A DNA stretch of 64,000 bases from Octopus sinensis. Taxonomy: Eukaryota. Shown one piece after another: positions 26,359-39,415 of the stretch; within the stretch, counting starts at the first letter, position 1, and each line of letters opens with the position of its first letter. The stretch is from the NCBI RefSeq assembly GCF_006345805.1, contig NC_043000.1:76198001-76262000 (forward strand). Reading direction: 5' to 3'. Under the pieces are notes generated by a model. The model did not search any database, was not told where the DNA came from, and saw only the letters and a list, made by a program, of their open reading frames with translations. The translations under genes were made by a program, and so were the position numbers.

Positions 26359-27453
26359 AAAAGAAAAAACAAGCATCCTTGAAATGTTGTGGACAACTAG
26401 AGTTTCGACACATGGCTAAGCATTCTTTCATAGCCATTTAGTTTCAAATTTAGAGCTTTTGAGGATAACTTTCATATTGGAGTGTAATTCTTAAGGGGAG
26501 ACCTTTCATATATATAATAAACTAAATCAACAAGATCAAATAAATGGATGTTTTCAACTGTTTCTGGAGAACTGAAGTCAAGAACTGACCTTCTAATTCA
26601 GTGGATATTTCCTGAGTAATCTATAAAAAAGTCAGAAGCAATGGCCAGGGAATACTGAATTTAAAGAGTAAATACCATTTAATAGTTTCAGTGACAGCTT
26701 GTGTATAGGCACTGCAGAAATGCAGTATCCCCTATTTCCACTTGACATTATTGATAACATTCAATATAATGAGTCTTTTTTCTTTATACTTCTACATTAT
26801 ATAATCTTTAAGCATAATGTCAGTAGCCATCCCCTAGTTTAAGAAAAAAATACAAAAATCCTCGTACAGAACTGTGTGCTTCACAGTTCCAGCGATGTGG
26901 TGTTTGGCTGTTGTGCGCATGTTCACATGTCTGAGATAGGAAGCTTCACACTAGGGAGAGAGAGCACTGTGGTTCATGTAGTGCCCTAGTGTGCTGGTGA
27001 AAGGTAGTGTTTCCTTTTGACTCCGCAAGTGTTGTGCTTAAAAATGTGTTTATATTCTTGAATGTGATAAAGCGGAGAATTAGATTATTATCCTGCTTCC
27101 AGCTAGTGTTGCTGCCAGGATTTGAAAAATAGGGCACATTTCATCCCCTTATTTTGTGATTTGGGGGGATTTTTGAAAAACAAGGGGGAATTCGCAGTGG
27201 TGTTCAGTGAACAAATTAAATACACCACCCAGCAGTGGCTAAAACACGAACTAATCAAGTTTATGCATAAATTTTCTTTTTACATGTTTGTTTTCTTTTA
27301 CACAATATTAAAACAACGGCTAAAAATTTTCTGAAATAGCACCCCGACTAATTTCATCTACGAGCCACCACTGAACAGTTTGGTGAGCGATTGAACAAAC
27401 TGAGCTGAAGTACCATGTAGAATTTTAAGAATTACATGTTTGATCTGCTTTAA

Positions 27454-28534
27454 CCCTTTCGTTACCAAACCGCCCAAAGCCGCCCGAAAAAAATTTTGGT
27501 TTATGAAACCAAACTGCCCAAAGCCGCCCGAATTTACCTATTCATATTTAAATGAGAATATCAGAGCAAATCTCTTCAGTACATTCGTGAAAACACGTAT
27601 TATACTTCCTAAACAGTTCAACTACAGTTTTGTACAATAATCGAAGTGTAATTTTAATTCCGTGAATTTTGGGAGATTTTTTTCCGAAATTTGTTCCTAT
27701 TGTGTTTTCAAAATTTGTAATTCTGACAAAAAATGGATACGAATTTCATTATATCAAGCAGCGAGTCAGAATTCGAAGGATTTTCTACTGAAGACCTTCA
27801 TAAATCTAACTCTATGACTGAAAAAAAAAGCACATGGTATTTGATAATGAATTTGATGTTTCATTTTCCGAAAGTGAAAACAGTGAATCTGAGATCTCCG
27901 ATAGCGATAAAGAAAACGAATTGGCACCTGAATGGAGTGAAAATTTAAAAACTGTTTCTTTCGGTGATTTTTCTGCAGAAACTGGACCAAGCCACAGACT
28001 TTCCCAGAAGGGTAAAGCCTTAGGCTATTTCTATTTACTTTTTCGAATAAGCGTATTTGAAATCATTACAGCGAAAACGAACCGTTACGCTAAACGTAAA
28101 CAAAACGAAAGAAAGGATAGTTTGTTATTTCCCACAACCTTAAATGAAATTAAGGCCTATTTTGCCATAAATATTATTATGGGTATCAGAAAGTTACCCA
28201 GAATAACAAATTCTATCGTAAAATTTTGTTGTATACCCAATTGAATATTAGCTAATATTTTCTATAGCGATGTTTGAACAAAATTTTAATAATTTTATAT
28301 TTTGTGGAATTTACCTGTATCTACCTGCAAATAGAGTCACTTTGTGACAAAAATTATAGTATAGAATTGGTTGAGAATATTTCATTAAATTATCTTCCAA
28401 AAATCAGATTAATATATCGATAGATAAAAAAGTTATAGTTGTTTAATGAAACCAGACTAAATTTATGATTACGTTAGAAATTAATTGAAACACATAAGGG
28501 GTGTAATTTGGTCAGAAATATAGTAACGAAAGGG
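27454..28534 (+). mobile_element. Non-autonomous piggyBac (1081 bp) retaining the transposase N-terminus
   Basis: Perfect 12-bp TIR CCCTTTCGTTAC and TTAA TSD on both sides. ORF 27834-28244 has TNRYA...EIKAYFAINIIMGI.KLP, typical of piggyBac transposases. Confidence 0.9.
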
Positions 28535-29640
28535 TTAAGTAGTGCAAAAATTACAAAAACACATTCACTGACTAAGCAATCCCTGACTTGAGATGATTGG
28601 TGAATAGTTACTGACTAAGATAGAAAATGAAACCTCATTTGGTGTATTTGTATGGGCTGGCATGGAGAGTAAAAGAAAGATTTTCCTGTTTGATCACATC
28701 ATTGCCCAAAGTGACTTTAGTACAGAATAAGGAAATCAACATTGGTATGAGTGGCATCCAACTGATGAAGCAGTACTGATATCAAAAGCATGAAGTGTAG
28801 CAATGATGACGAGAAACTTGATTGCGACAAACTTGCCACAACTTCAAAAACAAAAATTGCAATAAACATCATGGGAAGAATATTCTATTTGAGAGTTGTA
28901 GTAGTAACGTTACTTGACAGGGTGTGTAGCTTGGAGATCAGGGCGTTTCAGAGGTTGAGCTGCAACTTCTCCACATTGAGAGGCACAGCTACAGTACTAT
29001 AGACGTGTGATTAGAATGTCATAGGAAAGAATTGCAAGATGGATTCTTCAAGCTGACCTAACCAGCAAGGGACCTATGGGTTGACCAAAAAAGAGATGGT
29101 AGGATAATATTCATATCCTCACTTGGTCACAGTTGGAAAGTCTACTGTCAATTGCTTTGGTTAATGTTTACCGAAAACAAAATCAAAAAGAAAAAAATAG
29201 TGCAACAGGTGTAAAAAAATGTGTAGAAAACAAATATGAAAACAAAAATGCATAGAAAGCAATGGGGCGGGATTTAGGAAAATTCACAAGATCCAAGATT
29301 TTCTTTTATAGCTTTTAGGAAAATGGGTTTTTTTTAAATGAAATTTTATATAAATACCTTTCAAATGGCATACATTTGGTTATAAAGAAATTTGTGGGTA
29401 AAATCATTTCCAAGGGAGTGAGGAGAGGACTTCAGAAAATTCACAAGATCCGAGGTCTTTGCCCACAACTTTGAGGGAAATAAATATCTTTTAATGAAAT
29501 TGTATATAAATAATTTTTAAATGACATGCATTATGGATACCTAATGTGCTGTAAACCCTTTATTTTTGTTCGGAAGAAAAGGTGGGGCTCCCAAAAAATG
29601 CGTTTTTGAAGGTGAGGTGTGAAATTGTATTTGCCCCTTT

Positions 29641-31088
29641 GGCACTGTCATGCTTTTAGTTGTCAGGAGGAAAGTAGAAAAAGTGTGACGTCAATTTGAC
29701 GTCACTCGTCCACCTTCGTTTCTTTCGGTAGAATTTATCAAAACGCGTGTAAATTTATCAAAATAAAAAACGCAAAATTTATCAAATTAAAAAGCACAAA
29801 ATTATTCGGTAGAATTTATCAAATTAAAAAAACGCAAAATTAATATATTTTTTGAAATTGCAAATTATTTAGAATGTAAAAATATAATTTTCAACAGAGA
29901 GAATTTATCAAAATATAAAACAAATGAAGCTTGAAGTTAAGTTTAAAAATAAATGTGATACTTATGCTCTGTAGATACTTATACTCTCTAAGGTCTCAAA
30001 CACATGGATATAGCTGTCGAATTTGCTCCAATAACTTTCCAAATGTTTCGTCCTTAAATTCATAACGCCACATGAATTCGATGAGATGGGTCTGAAGTAA
30101 ATTTCGGGCTGTTCCATTTTCTCTTTTGTTACGATTCTTCACATGCTTCCATAAACATTCTATATGGTTGGTTGTGGCAAATGTTACCGGATCAACAAAA
30201 TTTATTGAATGATTCACGGTCAAATGCCTGTATCCTAGCTGATTGAGCGTATTATACGAACGCCAAAGGTCGGAAATTATGGTTGTACCAGGCAATATAT
30301 GCTCTTGTATAATTTGCAAAAGGGTGTCCGCTGTCCGATCTTCCACTGCCACTAAAAAACATCTTCTGGTATCTCTTTCTAAAGCGCCAAAAACCCACTG
30401 CGTTTTAACCCGATGGCCAACATTATATTTTCTTCTAACAAACGCGCTTTCGTCTATCTCTACAATTCAGTTCGGCCCTCCGAGCTTAATGTTTTGTGCA
30501 ACATAATATTCTGCACATATATCACGGCAAAAATTCCTCCAATCTGTTACGGCTACATTTGCTATATGACATTCCTGTCCTATTCCCTTTGCTAAATTTT
30601 ATTTTGCCCAATAATATAATATATCAATAATTTGTTGACACTTCAATTTACTATTTTCTAGAAATGTTCCTTTTCTAATTGAAACCGTTTTTCTACAAGG
30701 CCTTCCACATGACCATATCAATTCATCCGACAAATTTTTTTTCGCTATTTCACTCATGCTACCTCCACACGATATACATATTTTCTGGGTATTCAAAAGT
30801 CCATGTCTCTTAAGCCAATTAATGCTATCTGGTGTTGTAGCCATGGCGATGGCAATATTGTGGTGATTAATTCCTTTTAGACTTATTGAAGCCATATTGA
30901 AAATTTTTTCGCACGTGTTGATATCAAAGTGAAGAACTTTCAAACTTTGAATTACGCGCGGTGGTGGTCAGTGGTCATGCTGATTGGTGTATGTGATCGT
31001 GGTGGTGGTCATTTGTGCAGATTTGGTGTGATTTCTTTTTTGTTGAGGTCTGACGTCAGATTTTTCTATTTTCACTTCTGACAGTGCC
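29641..31088 (-). mobile_element. Merlin (ISXO2/IS1595-like) DNA transposon with a full-length transposase frame (30892-29996) broken by two stops
   Basis: One frame carries C..C zinc ribbon, VEIDES, ISDLW and NHIECLW (DDE); stops are TAA at 30599 and TGA near 30470. Imperfect TIRs begin GGCACTGTCA; no TSD seen. Confidence 0.88.
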
Positions 31089-31269
31089 TATATTTTTAGT
31101 TATGGAAGATCCGATTCTGAAAAAAAAATTTCAAAAATCGCATTTTCAAAATTTCAATTCTCCGGCCTTGGCCTTCAAGCGGGCTATTCACATGCTAGAA
31201 ATAACAGCCAAATCTCACAAAACTGCGATAACATAACGAAAGAAATATGTAATCAATCTACACACCTTT

Positions 31270-31536
31270 GGCGATGCTTCGGTATATGTACCGGTGTACT
31301 TCCGGAAGTACCGGATACATTTCAAAAAAGTTTTTTTTTTATATATATGGGGAGGTTAGGGTTAAGGTATGTGGCGATGCTTCGGTATATGTACACACGT
31401 GACTATGTTTACATTTCTGAAGATAACAGAAACCCTTTTCTCCCACCCCTAACCCCCCATATATAAAAAAAAACACTTTTTTGAAATGTATCCGGTACTT
31501 CCGGAAGTACACCGGTACATATACCGAAGCATCGCC
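31270..31536. mobile_element. 267-bp MITE with ~95-bp TIRs (GGCGATGCTTCGGTATATGTACCGG...) and a 9-bp TSD CACACCTTT
   Basis: TSD at 31261-31269 and 31537-31545. GG termini and a 9-bp TSD fit the Merlin superfamily. Confidence 0.85.
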
Positions 31537-32276
31537 CACACCTTTCTGCAAAGATTTCTTTCAGAGTAATTTGCCGCAGTAATATGATAAAGTAATTCAC
31601 GCGAAATTAAAGTTGCTTTTTTTTATTTTTAAACTTTTTCCGATTGTTTTTCAATCAATCTACGTGGGAATATACAGAGATTAAGAATATGGAAAAAATA
31701 AACACAAATTCAAATTTTTTATGAAAATCTCCGACCCAAAATTCCCCCACCTCCCCGCCATCCTGCTGTCTAAAAGTGAAAATGTCTTGTCTGAATTAAA
31801 GTTTTGTGAAAGCGATTTTTGATTTTTTTTTTTTTTTTTTCGGAATTGGATTCTCCATAACCAAAAACGTGGGATTCTGTAGAAAAAAAAATCAATATAT
31901 ATCCATTTTCCCAAAGTTATGACGGAAAAATCGGATCTTGTGAATTTTCCGAAAGTCGCTCTCCCCACCCCCCAGGTTTGTTTGCGCAATTTTTTGTCAT
32001 ATTCGTTTTCTACACAGTTGTTAACACTCAGCAGGTAAATTGTTAATTATTTGACGTAGGTTAGCAGCAAAATGTGAAAAATTTGGGAGGATGATAAAAT
32101 CAATCAAGAAATTTAGTAACAATTTGAACCCGACTGCTTCTGCAGAAGTGAGTACATAATATTGTGTGCGATAAATATATCACTTTGTTAAATTATACAG
32201 CAGTGAATTGCGAAATCGATAAATACAGATGTGTGTGTGAGTATATATATATACATATATATAAACCGAGGTACTA

Positions 32277-32321
<45 letters not shown>

Positions 32322-32475
32322 GCATAAACCAAAACAAAAGATTTGTATGAAACAGCTATGACGTGGGGTAAACATATGGCAGACATATAAGTATAAAGAA
32401 ATGTTAAAACGTTAAAAACAAGAATATAAGTAGACACATCTAAGGTATGTATCAAGAGACTTGTCATCAACTTAC

Positions 32476-32549
32476 TTCTGATGAGATGAAACACTTTGAA
32501 TACGTGCAAAATTTGCCCGAAGTTCGTTTATCTCATCCCAGGTAGCCAT
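32476..32549 (-). CDS. UFL1: UFL1 coding exon 1 (start codon), MATWDEINELRANFARIQSVSSHQK
   Basis: ATG at 32549, 74 nt, ends AA|GTAAGT. Resembles the UFL1 N-terminus (human MADAWEEIRRLAADFQRAQ) and splices in frame to the exon at 23690. Confidence 0.9.
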
Positions 32550-34414
32550 TGTTGTTGAACTCTTCACAATTGAAGTTACATTTCCCCTCTCTTTCGTGGA
32601 AGATTTCTGTGTGATTAGTGTAAGAAAACTATTGCTGGACGTCTTGATGCTTTGTGCAAAAGTACGTGTGCATTGAATGCATAATAATTATTAATTACTA
32701 CATTGTTTTAGGCAATGTAATAATAATTAACAGGGTTAATGTTTACTTGGATCTGTTCAGTTTCGCTCACAGATTAATTTTTTTTTTTTAACTAAACAGT
32801 TTGAAACTTTGTATACTGATGGAATGCCTCACGCAGAACACGGTTTACTTTGAACATTTTTGACAAAATTTGGTATTTTAGATGTTATTTTTTGTTAGAT
32901 TTGTAGTATTTGGGTAATTTCAACCAATCAATGACGTGTATTCGGTTGAAGAAAGCTACTGGTGTTTGCGATAGTAATTGAAGAGGAGCAGCTGATTTTC
33001 TTCTGCTTACTAATGTATTCCATTGGTATCACCTGAAGTTAAAAGAACTGAATATACTGGTAAAGAAAAATCATTTTCCACAGGTTGACCTCTTAGTCAA
33101 CTGTCAAATGATTTCTACTTGACTGTAGCATTGCTAATTTGGGGTATCTTAAAGAAAATGAACTTTTGAATTCCTTAAATATTGTACAGCTCTCCAAAAC
33201 TGCAAAAATGTATTGCTTGAATGGTTTCTGATGGACAAGTAGCAGTTAGTCATTGAGGATGTTTTCTAATGTTTTGCTATTCAACTTTCAGAGGTTGATA
33301 AAATAGGTTCTGTCAAGTAGTGAGGTTCAGCTTAATCAACAATATCCTTCCTGCAATAAGATGCCTTGTTTATTTAATCAGTGAATGTTAGAACTGATAC
33401 GGTCTGAAGATATCACTTGTAATTTTTAGTTAGGACCCTTTGTTTTGAGTTCAACCAACTACTATACCTTTCTTCTCTGAGTGTGAAATACTTGCTAGTA
33501 ATGTTTTGTGATAGATTCCATAGACTACATCATTTACCCTTCCTCTTGCAAGAAAAACCTTGTGCCAATGTGAAACTATTTCATTAAGGAAGCAATAGTG
33601 GATATCACTAACACAGTAGGCCATTAGATGAGATACTCTAACATAACCACTTTGACACATTAATTGTATATGTTTTCATTTCACCAGAGTTGTTAAAATA
33701 ACATTTGTTACATAGCAATATTCATTTATAATCTTTTCTTCACAAATCTTTAATCCAATTACTTGAAGAAATTGTCTTACTGTAAAGAATTTTCAATTAC
33801 CTATTATTTTCCTCTTTTTACAACAGATACACTGCACACATTTTTGTACAAATCACATTATTCAACTGCATCTCAAAACTGATTTCATGTTGAAAAATTA
33901 CTCATAGATTTTTTTATATTGTTAATGTCTTTTCATCTCCTTGTGTAAAGCTGAAATTAAAAGGGTTAATCATTACTTCCTTTGAAATAACTCGTGAACT
34001 TTTCTGACAGGTGTGATTTTCTCAAGTATCTATCACAAAACATTACTAGCAAGTTACACTAATTAGAACCATTTTATTGTCTAAATTGATAGGTATTTTG
34101 AATTAATTGCCTCATGGGCCACTTATGATGGTAGTTTAAAACACAAATACTGTTATATTCCTTGGTCCAACAGTCAGGTTATCAATATCAGTGTGGTCAC
34201 TGAATCACATACACGGTGATGTTGACCATGGAAGTCAGAAATTAATTTGCAGATTTTGACAGTTCCTTGCAGTTTAGCATAGTGTTTCTTTGCTGCACAC
34301 TTTCATGGTTTCTTTATTATCCCACAAAAGTGATTCGAAATTAAAACCCACTAACTAATAAAACAATCAATGTAAGAGAAACACTTCCAGTATATGCTAC
34401 CTTAACTTGTAGCA

Positions 34415-35095
34415 ATATTGGTTTCAAATTTTAGTACAAGGCCAGTGATTTCAGGGGAGAGATTAAGTTGTTAAATTGACCCCAGTGTTCAACTGGTACT
34501 TATTTTAACAACCCCAAAAGAATGACAAGCAAAGTCAACCTCGGCAGACTTTAAACTCAGAACATAAAAATGGACGAAATGCTGCTAAGCATTTTACCTG
34601 GCATGTTAACAATTCTGCCAGTTCACTGCCTTTATATTTGTTGTAATATTATTTTCAAATTTTAGCACAAGGCCAGCAATTTTGGGGGAAGTGGTTAGTT
34701 GATTACATTGGCCCCAAGATTCAACTGGTACTTATTTTATTGACCCCAAAAGGTTGAGAGGCAAAGTTGACTTCAGTGGAATTTGAACTCAGAAAAAAGA
34801 CAGACAAAATGCCACTATGCATTTTGCCTGGTATGGTAATGATTCTGCCAGCTCACCACTTTATTTTATGTATCAATATTACTACATGTATAAAGGCAGC
34901 AAGCTGCAGAGTTGTTACTTCACCGGGCAAAATGCTTAGTGGCATTTCATCTGTCTTTACATTTTGAGTTCAAATTCCACTTTACCTCTCAACCTCTCAA
35001 GGTAGATAAAATAAGTACAAGTTGAATCCTGGGGTCAATGTAATCGACTTACCCACTCCTCCGAATTTGCTGACCTTGCGTTAAAATTTGAAACT
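34415..35095. mobile_element. Three SINE family B copies (two minus, one plus)
   Basis: Consensus matches at ~34415-34635 (-), 34655-34860 (-) and 34895-35095 (+). Confidence 0.7.
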
Positions 35096-35479
35096 AATAT
35101 TAATATATAAATATATTAGTACCAGTGTATGGCAACACATTGAAATAATATATATATTATATATGCATATGGAGTGTGTGTGTATTTAATTTAGATATAT
35201 AGATGTATATACATAAACACACACAATTTATTAAAAAAAATTTTCCTGTGTTTAATACTGCGATAATAAACACTAAGGCATTCCAATCATGGCCATCCAA
35301 TTAATGTGTCATCCTTTGATTATGATAATAAATTCTGCCATTAGTTAGCAAAACAATTTTAGTTTTTATAACAGAATTGTACTGAACTGTTAAATAACTA
35401 TACAGCTAACTTTTACCTTACTTGGATGATGGTTGTATGTAAGAGGAATATTTCTAATAAAATTGTATTTTGGTCTCTA

Positions 35480-36570
35480 GTTTAATCATGCTCAGGAGCA
35501 GTGTCCTTGACAACTACAAGGGTTTCTGTTCTTCATTGCTGGCAAATAGTAAGTTCCAAACAGAAACAACATGCCTTAATTGAGTTCTTGACAGAGGAAA
35601 GGCGAAGGCTGTTTGAAATCCATAGAAAGCTAAGGGTTGTTTACCAGGATAACAAGAGCAAAGTGCACAGATGGATGAAAGGGTTGAAAGAAGATAAAAC
35701 CAGCATTGAAGACAGTCCATGCAATGGGGCACCATCAGCTGTTACCATTGGCACCTGTCACCAGTGAGTGGGTGACTTGATGAGTTACAATCTGTGAGTT
35801 TGCTGCACAACTGGAATGTAGTCACAATGCATTATAGATGATGGAAGACTGTATATCAAAAAGTATCTTTTTGACACCTGATTTGAAGGAGACACCTGAT
35901 TTGAAGGAGAAAAGTGTGGAAGCATACTCTGATCTGCTGGAAAAGTTTGAAGACATATTTTTAACCATGATGGCATGAAACATGATGTATCTTTATGATC
36001 TGTAAATGAAGTCTCAGTCCATGGAATGGCATCACACATCTTCCTCAAGGCCTAAGAAGGTCAAGAACCAGTGGCAGGTACAGAAAGTCATGAGGACTAT
36101 TTAGGGGAATGACAAGGCATCATTCATCTTGATTTTCTGGAATGTGGCTGTACCATGAACAGCAAATAATACATTGAGACACTCAAAAGAAAACTTAAGC
36201 GAAGCCATTAAGAAGAGACAGAACAAGAATCTGAAAACAAATCGTATTCACCACGACAATGTACAACCACACACATCTTTGGCAATAATTCAGGCAATCT
36301 GAAAATTGCTCAGCTCAGATCTGGTACTTTCCGACATATACCTGTTTGGTCCTATTAAGAACATCTTCAGAAACAACAATTTAATGACACAGATGAGGTT
36401 AAAGTGTCTGTGAAGAAGTTGATGCAACAGTGCACACTGAATTTTTTTCAAAAAGGATTCATGAATTGGAAGTTACTCTACCAAAATGTGCAGTTTGAAT
36501 GACTGATGTCAGTTAATAAAAAAAAAATGTTATGCTCACTTTGCACTACTTTCAGTATAACCCTTGTATT
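35480..36570 (+). mobile_element. Degraded mariner (DD34D-type) transposon
   Basis: HTH (IEFL...IHRKLRVVY...VHRW), KVMRTI, HHDNVQPH and SDLVLSDIYLFGPIK remnants. Confidence 0.75.
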
Positions 36571-38741
36571 TGTTGCTAATGAGGTAATCTTTATTTATAT
36601 CTGTGACTTTCTGCTAATTTGAAATCAATAATTTAATGGTAAACATCTCAGAAATTAAACTGATTTCTCTAGGTAAGCTAAATAAGCAACACATTTGTTT
36701 CCTACTTGAAATCTTATCATTCCACTGAAGCTATAGATATTCTTTGAGAAACAGAAACATCTTGAAATTCCATTTCCTCTTTTCTCTTGAGACCAAATTC
36801 CACCATAGTCAGCTTTGCTTTTCATCCATTTAGAGTCAATAAGAAAAAAAATAGCACTCAATATGATTGACTAATGTGCCTCCAACCAGCTCTACATTTT
36901 CACACAGTGCCTATGGGAATAGAATTTTCAGTTTCTTTTCTCTACTTTCATGTAAGAAGTCTCGCACTAACTCCAAGTTTTAGCCTCAAAACTTGAACAT
37001 GATAAAAACAAGAGAAATTGTATAATAAATGCAATGAAGAGGTAAGGAATCTTAGACTCAGAGGCTGTTGTGAATATTAGTTTGAAAACAGCTTTGGTGT
37101 GTCCATCAATGGGAATTCTTGTTTTAGTCTGTCAACTCTATTGTGCATCACATACTCTGTCTTCCCTTTTCAGTTTTTACATAATCTTGGTGCCCCAGAT
37201 CCTCTAGAAATCTCTATCTGCCATAATTTTTCCTATTGACATCAACCTACAGACATTTTTGTAAAAAACTTCTTTTTGTAATCTCTGCTTTTGATTGTTT
37301 TGATTTTTTTTTTGCATTTTCACAGGGTTGCATCTTACACCCTGTTACCATCACTGGTAACAGAACATAGGACAAAAAAAGCTATCTAAAAGCCATCAAT
37401 TGTGCACTGGCACACAAATACATTAAATTTGAAAAATGTTCAGAAAAGGTGCAAGGATCCATTTGTGAACCGCAGCCCACTCACTGTCAATCTCCTTCAG
37501 TCATTCTTCCCTGGATAACTGAGTATGTGCTATAGAAAGTTAAGTAATTGAATGTTGAATTCTAGTCTGAGCATTTTCAGTTATAATGTATGTAATGATA
37601 TCAGAACACAAAATCTTCTTGAGTAGGGATGAATTACTGAAGAACATCAAATTATCAGAAATTGATTCAAGTAATGAAAGACATCAAAAAATATCAACAA
37701 AGGGGAAAAACAATAGCACACTTAATTGTTGAACCTTTTGATGTTTGATGTTTTGAGTTTTTCACAAATTCTTGGTAAAACTTTATATTCAAATGAGAAA
37801 AAAGCTTCCTTTCAGTGGGATAATTGCTAATTAAGGATATTAAATTCAAAAGCAGCTTATTTGCTATATCTATTATTCCACTACATGTTTATTCCTCTTC
37901 CACTGTACTAGAAAGCAATGATCTTGATGATAAAATGGAGAAATTATCATTTTACAATAGACAATTTACCTATTTATACAAAAAATAATCCTGAATACTG
38001 GTACAAGTAAAAATCATAAAAGCTGGACTTCATAATTCAAAGTATGATTTGTTATTCAATATTATAACTAAATTAATTATCTTACCACAGTGCTTCTTTT
38101 GTTACAGTGCATTAGAGAGCACTCTTTCAGTGCAAAAGCATCTGTGCTGGTGCCACATAAACATGCTCATGCTAGTGCCATGTAAATGCCAGCATGGAGA
38201 AAGAACATTAAAATCTATTATTGCTGTAGAATGCACAATGGAAGTGCCTGGAAACGAAGGAGTTGTAAGCAAAAGATAGGTGGAAAGAATTTTTAAAGAA
38301 GGCAGAAAACAACACTGTGAAGAGGAGTAATTGTATTGCTGCTATTTAAATTTGATATTTTTATAATTTGGATTTTTACTCTTGAGTCAGGTTTCTTTTT
38401 TTTTTCCAAGCCTGATGTATGTCAGTGGCACTCCTGAACCTCAATTTCACTCCTATCTTTTTAAATATTATTCTCTCTTTTCTAAATATTCAGTCTGAAT
38501 TTATCAGATTACCTTAGAAAACTCAAGTAGCCCAGATAACATGAATTCTCTAGTTGTCTTGAAGTTCATATTTTGTAACAAGGGAACACTACTTGGTCAC
38601 TAAATTTACTATGCCTGAAAAAGACAGGATAGTTTTAGCTGGTAAACCTTTCGTTGTGGACCTACTTAATTAAGGATGACCCACACTTTTCCAATAAATA
38701 AAAAAAAATCACCATAGTATTTCTAATTTTTTATTATTATT

Positions 38742-39415
38742 AAGGTGGTGAGCTGGCAGTATCATTAGCATGCTGGACAAAATGCTTAGCAGCATTTTGT
38801 TTGACATGCTAACATTCTGAATTCAAATGCTGCTGAGGTTGACTTTGCTTTTCATCTTTTTGGGGTCAATAGAATAAGTAACAGTTGAGCACTACAGTTG
38901 ATGTAATCGACTTACCCCCTCCCCCCAAATTGGTGCCCTTGTGTCAAAATTTGGAATTATTATTATCATTATTATCATCTAGGGAGCAAACTGGCAGAAT
39001 TGCTAGCATGCTGGACAAAATCTTTAGTGGCATCTTATCTGTTTTTACATTCTGAGTTCAAATATTACTAAGGTCAACTTTGCCTTTCATTCTTTCTGAG
39101 TCAATAAAATAAGTAATAGTTGAGCATTGGTCTTGATACTATCGAATGACCCCCTCCCTCCAAATTGCTGGCCTTGTGCTAAGATTTGAAATTATCATCA
39201 TAATCATCATCATCTAGGTGGTGAGCTGGCATGCCAGACAAAATGCTTAGTGGCATTTCATCTGTTTTTACATTCTGAGTTCAAATGCTACTGAGGTCAA
39301 CTTTGCCTTTCATCTTTTCAAGGTTGATGAAATAAGTACTACTAGAGCACTGTGGTCTATGCAACTGACAAGCTCCTCCCACAAATTTCAGGCCTTTATG
39401 CCTTTAGTAGAAAGG
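38742..39415 (+). mobile_element. Head-to-tail trimer of SINE family B separated by (ATT/ATC)n tails
   Basis: Heads at ~38742, 38981 and 39217. Confidence 0.75.

Noticed and set aside
35866-35905. Short tandem microduplications (18 bp here, 31 bp at ~51865-51930, and gaactgtcacacaac repeats at 52540-52640)
   Set aside because: Ordinary slippage products with no further structure.
37326-37448. Strong acceptor-like site suggesting a plus-strand gene divergent from UFL1
   Set aside because: All three frames close within the candidate exon and no consistent exon chain was found; a lncRNA cannot be excluded.
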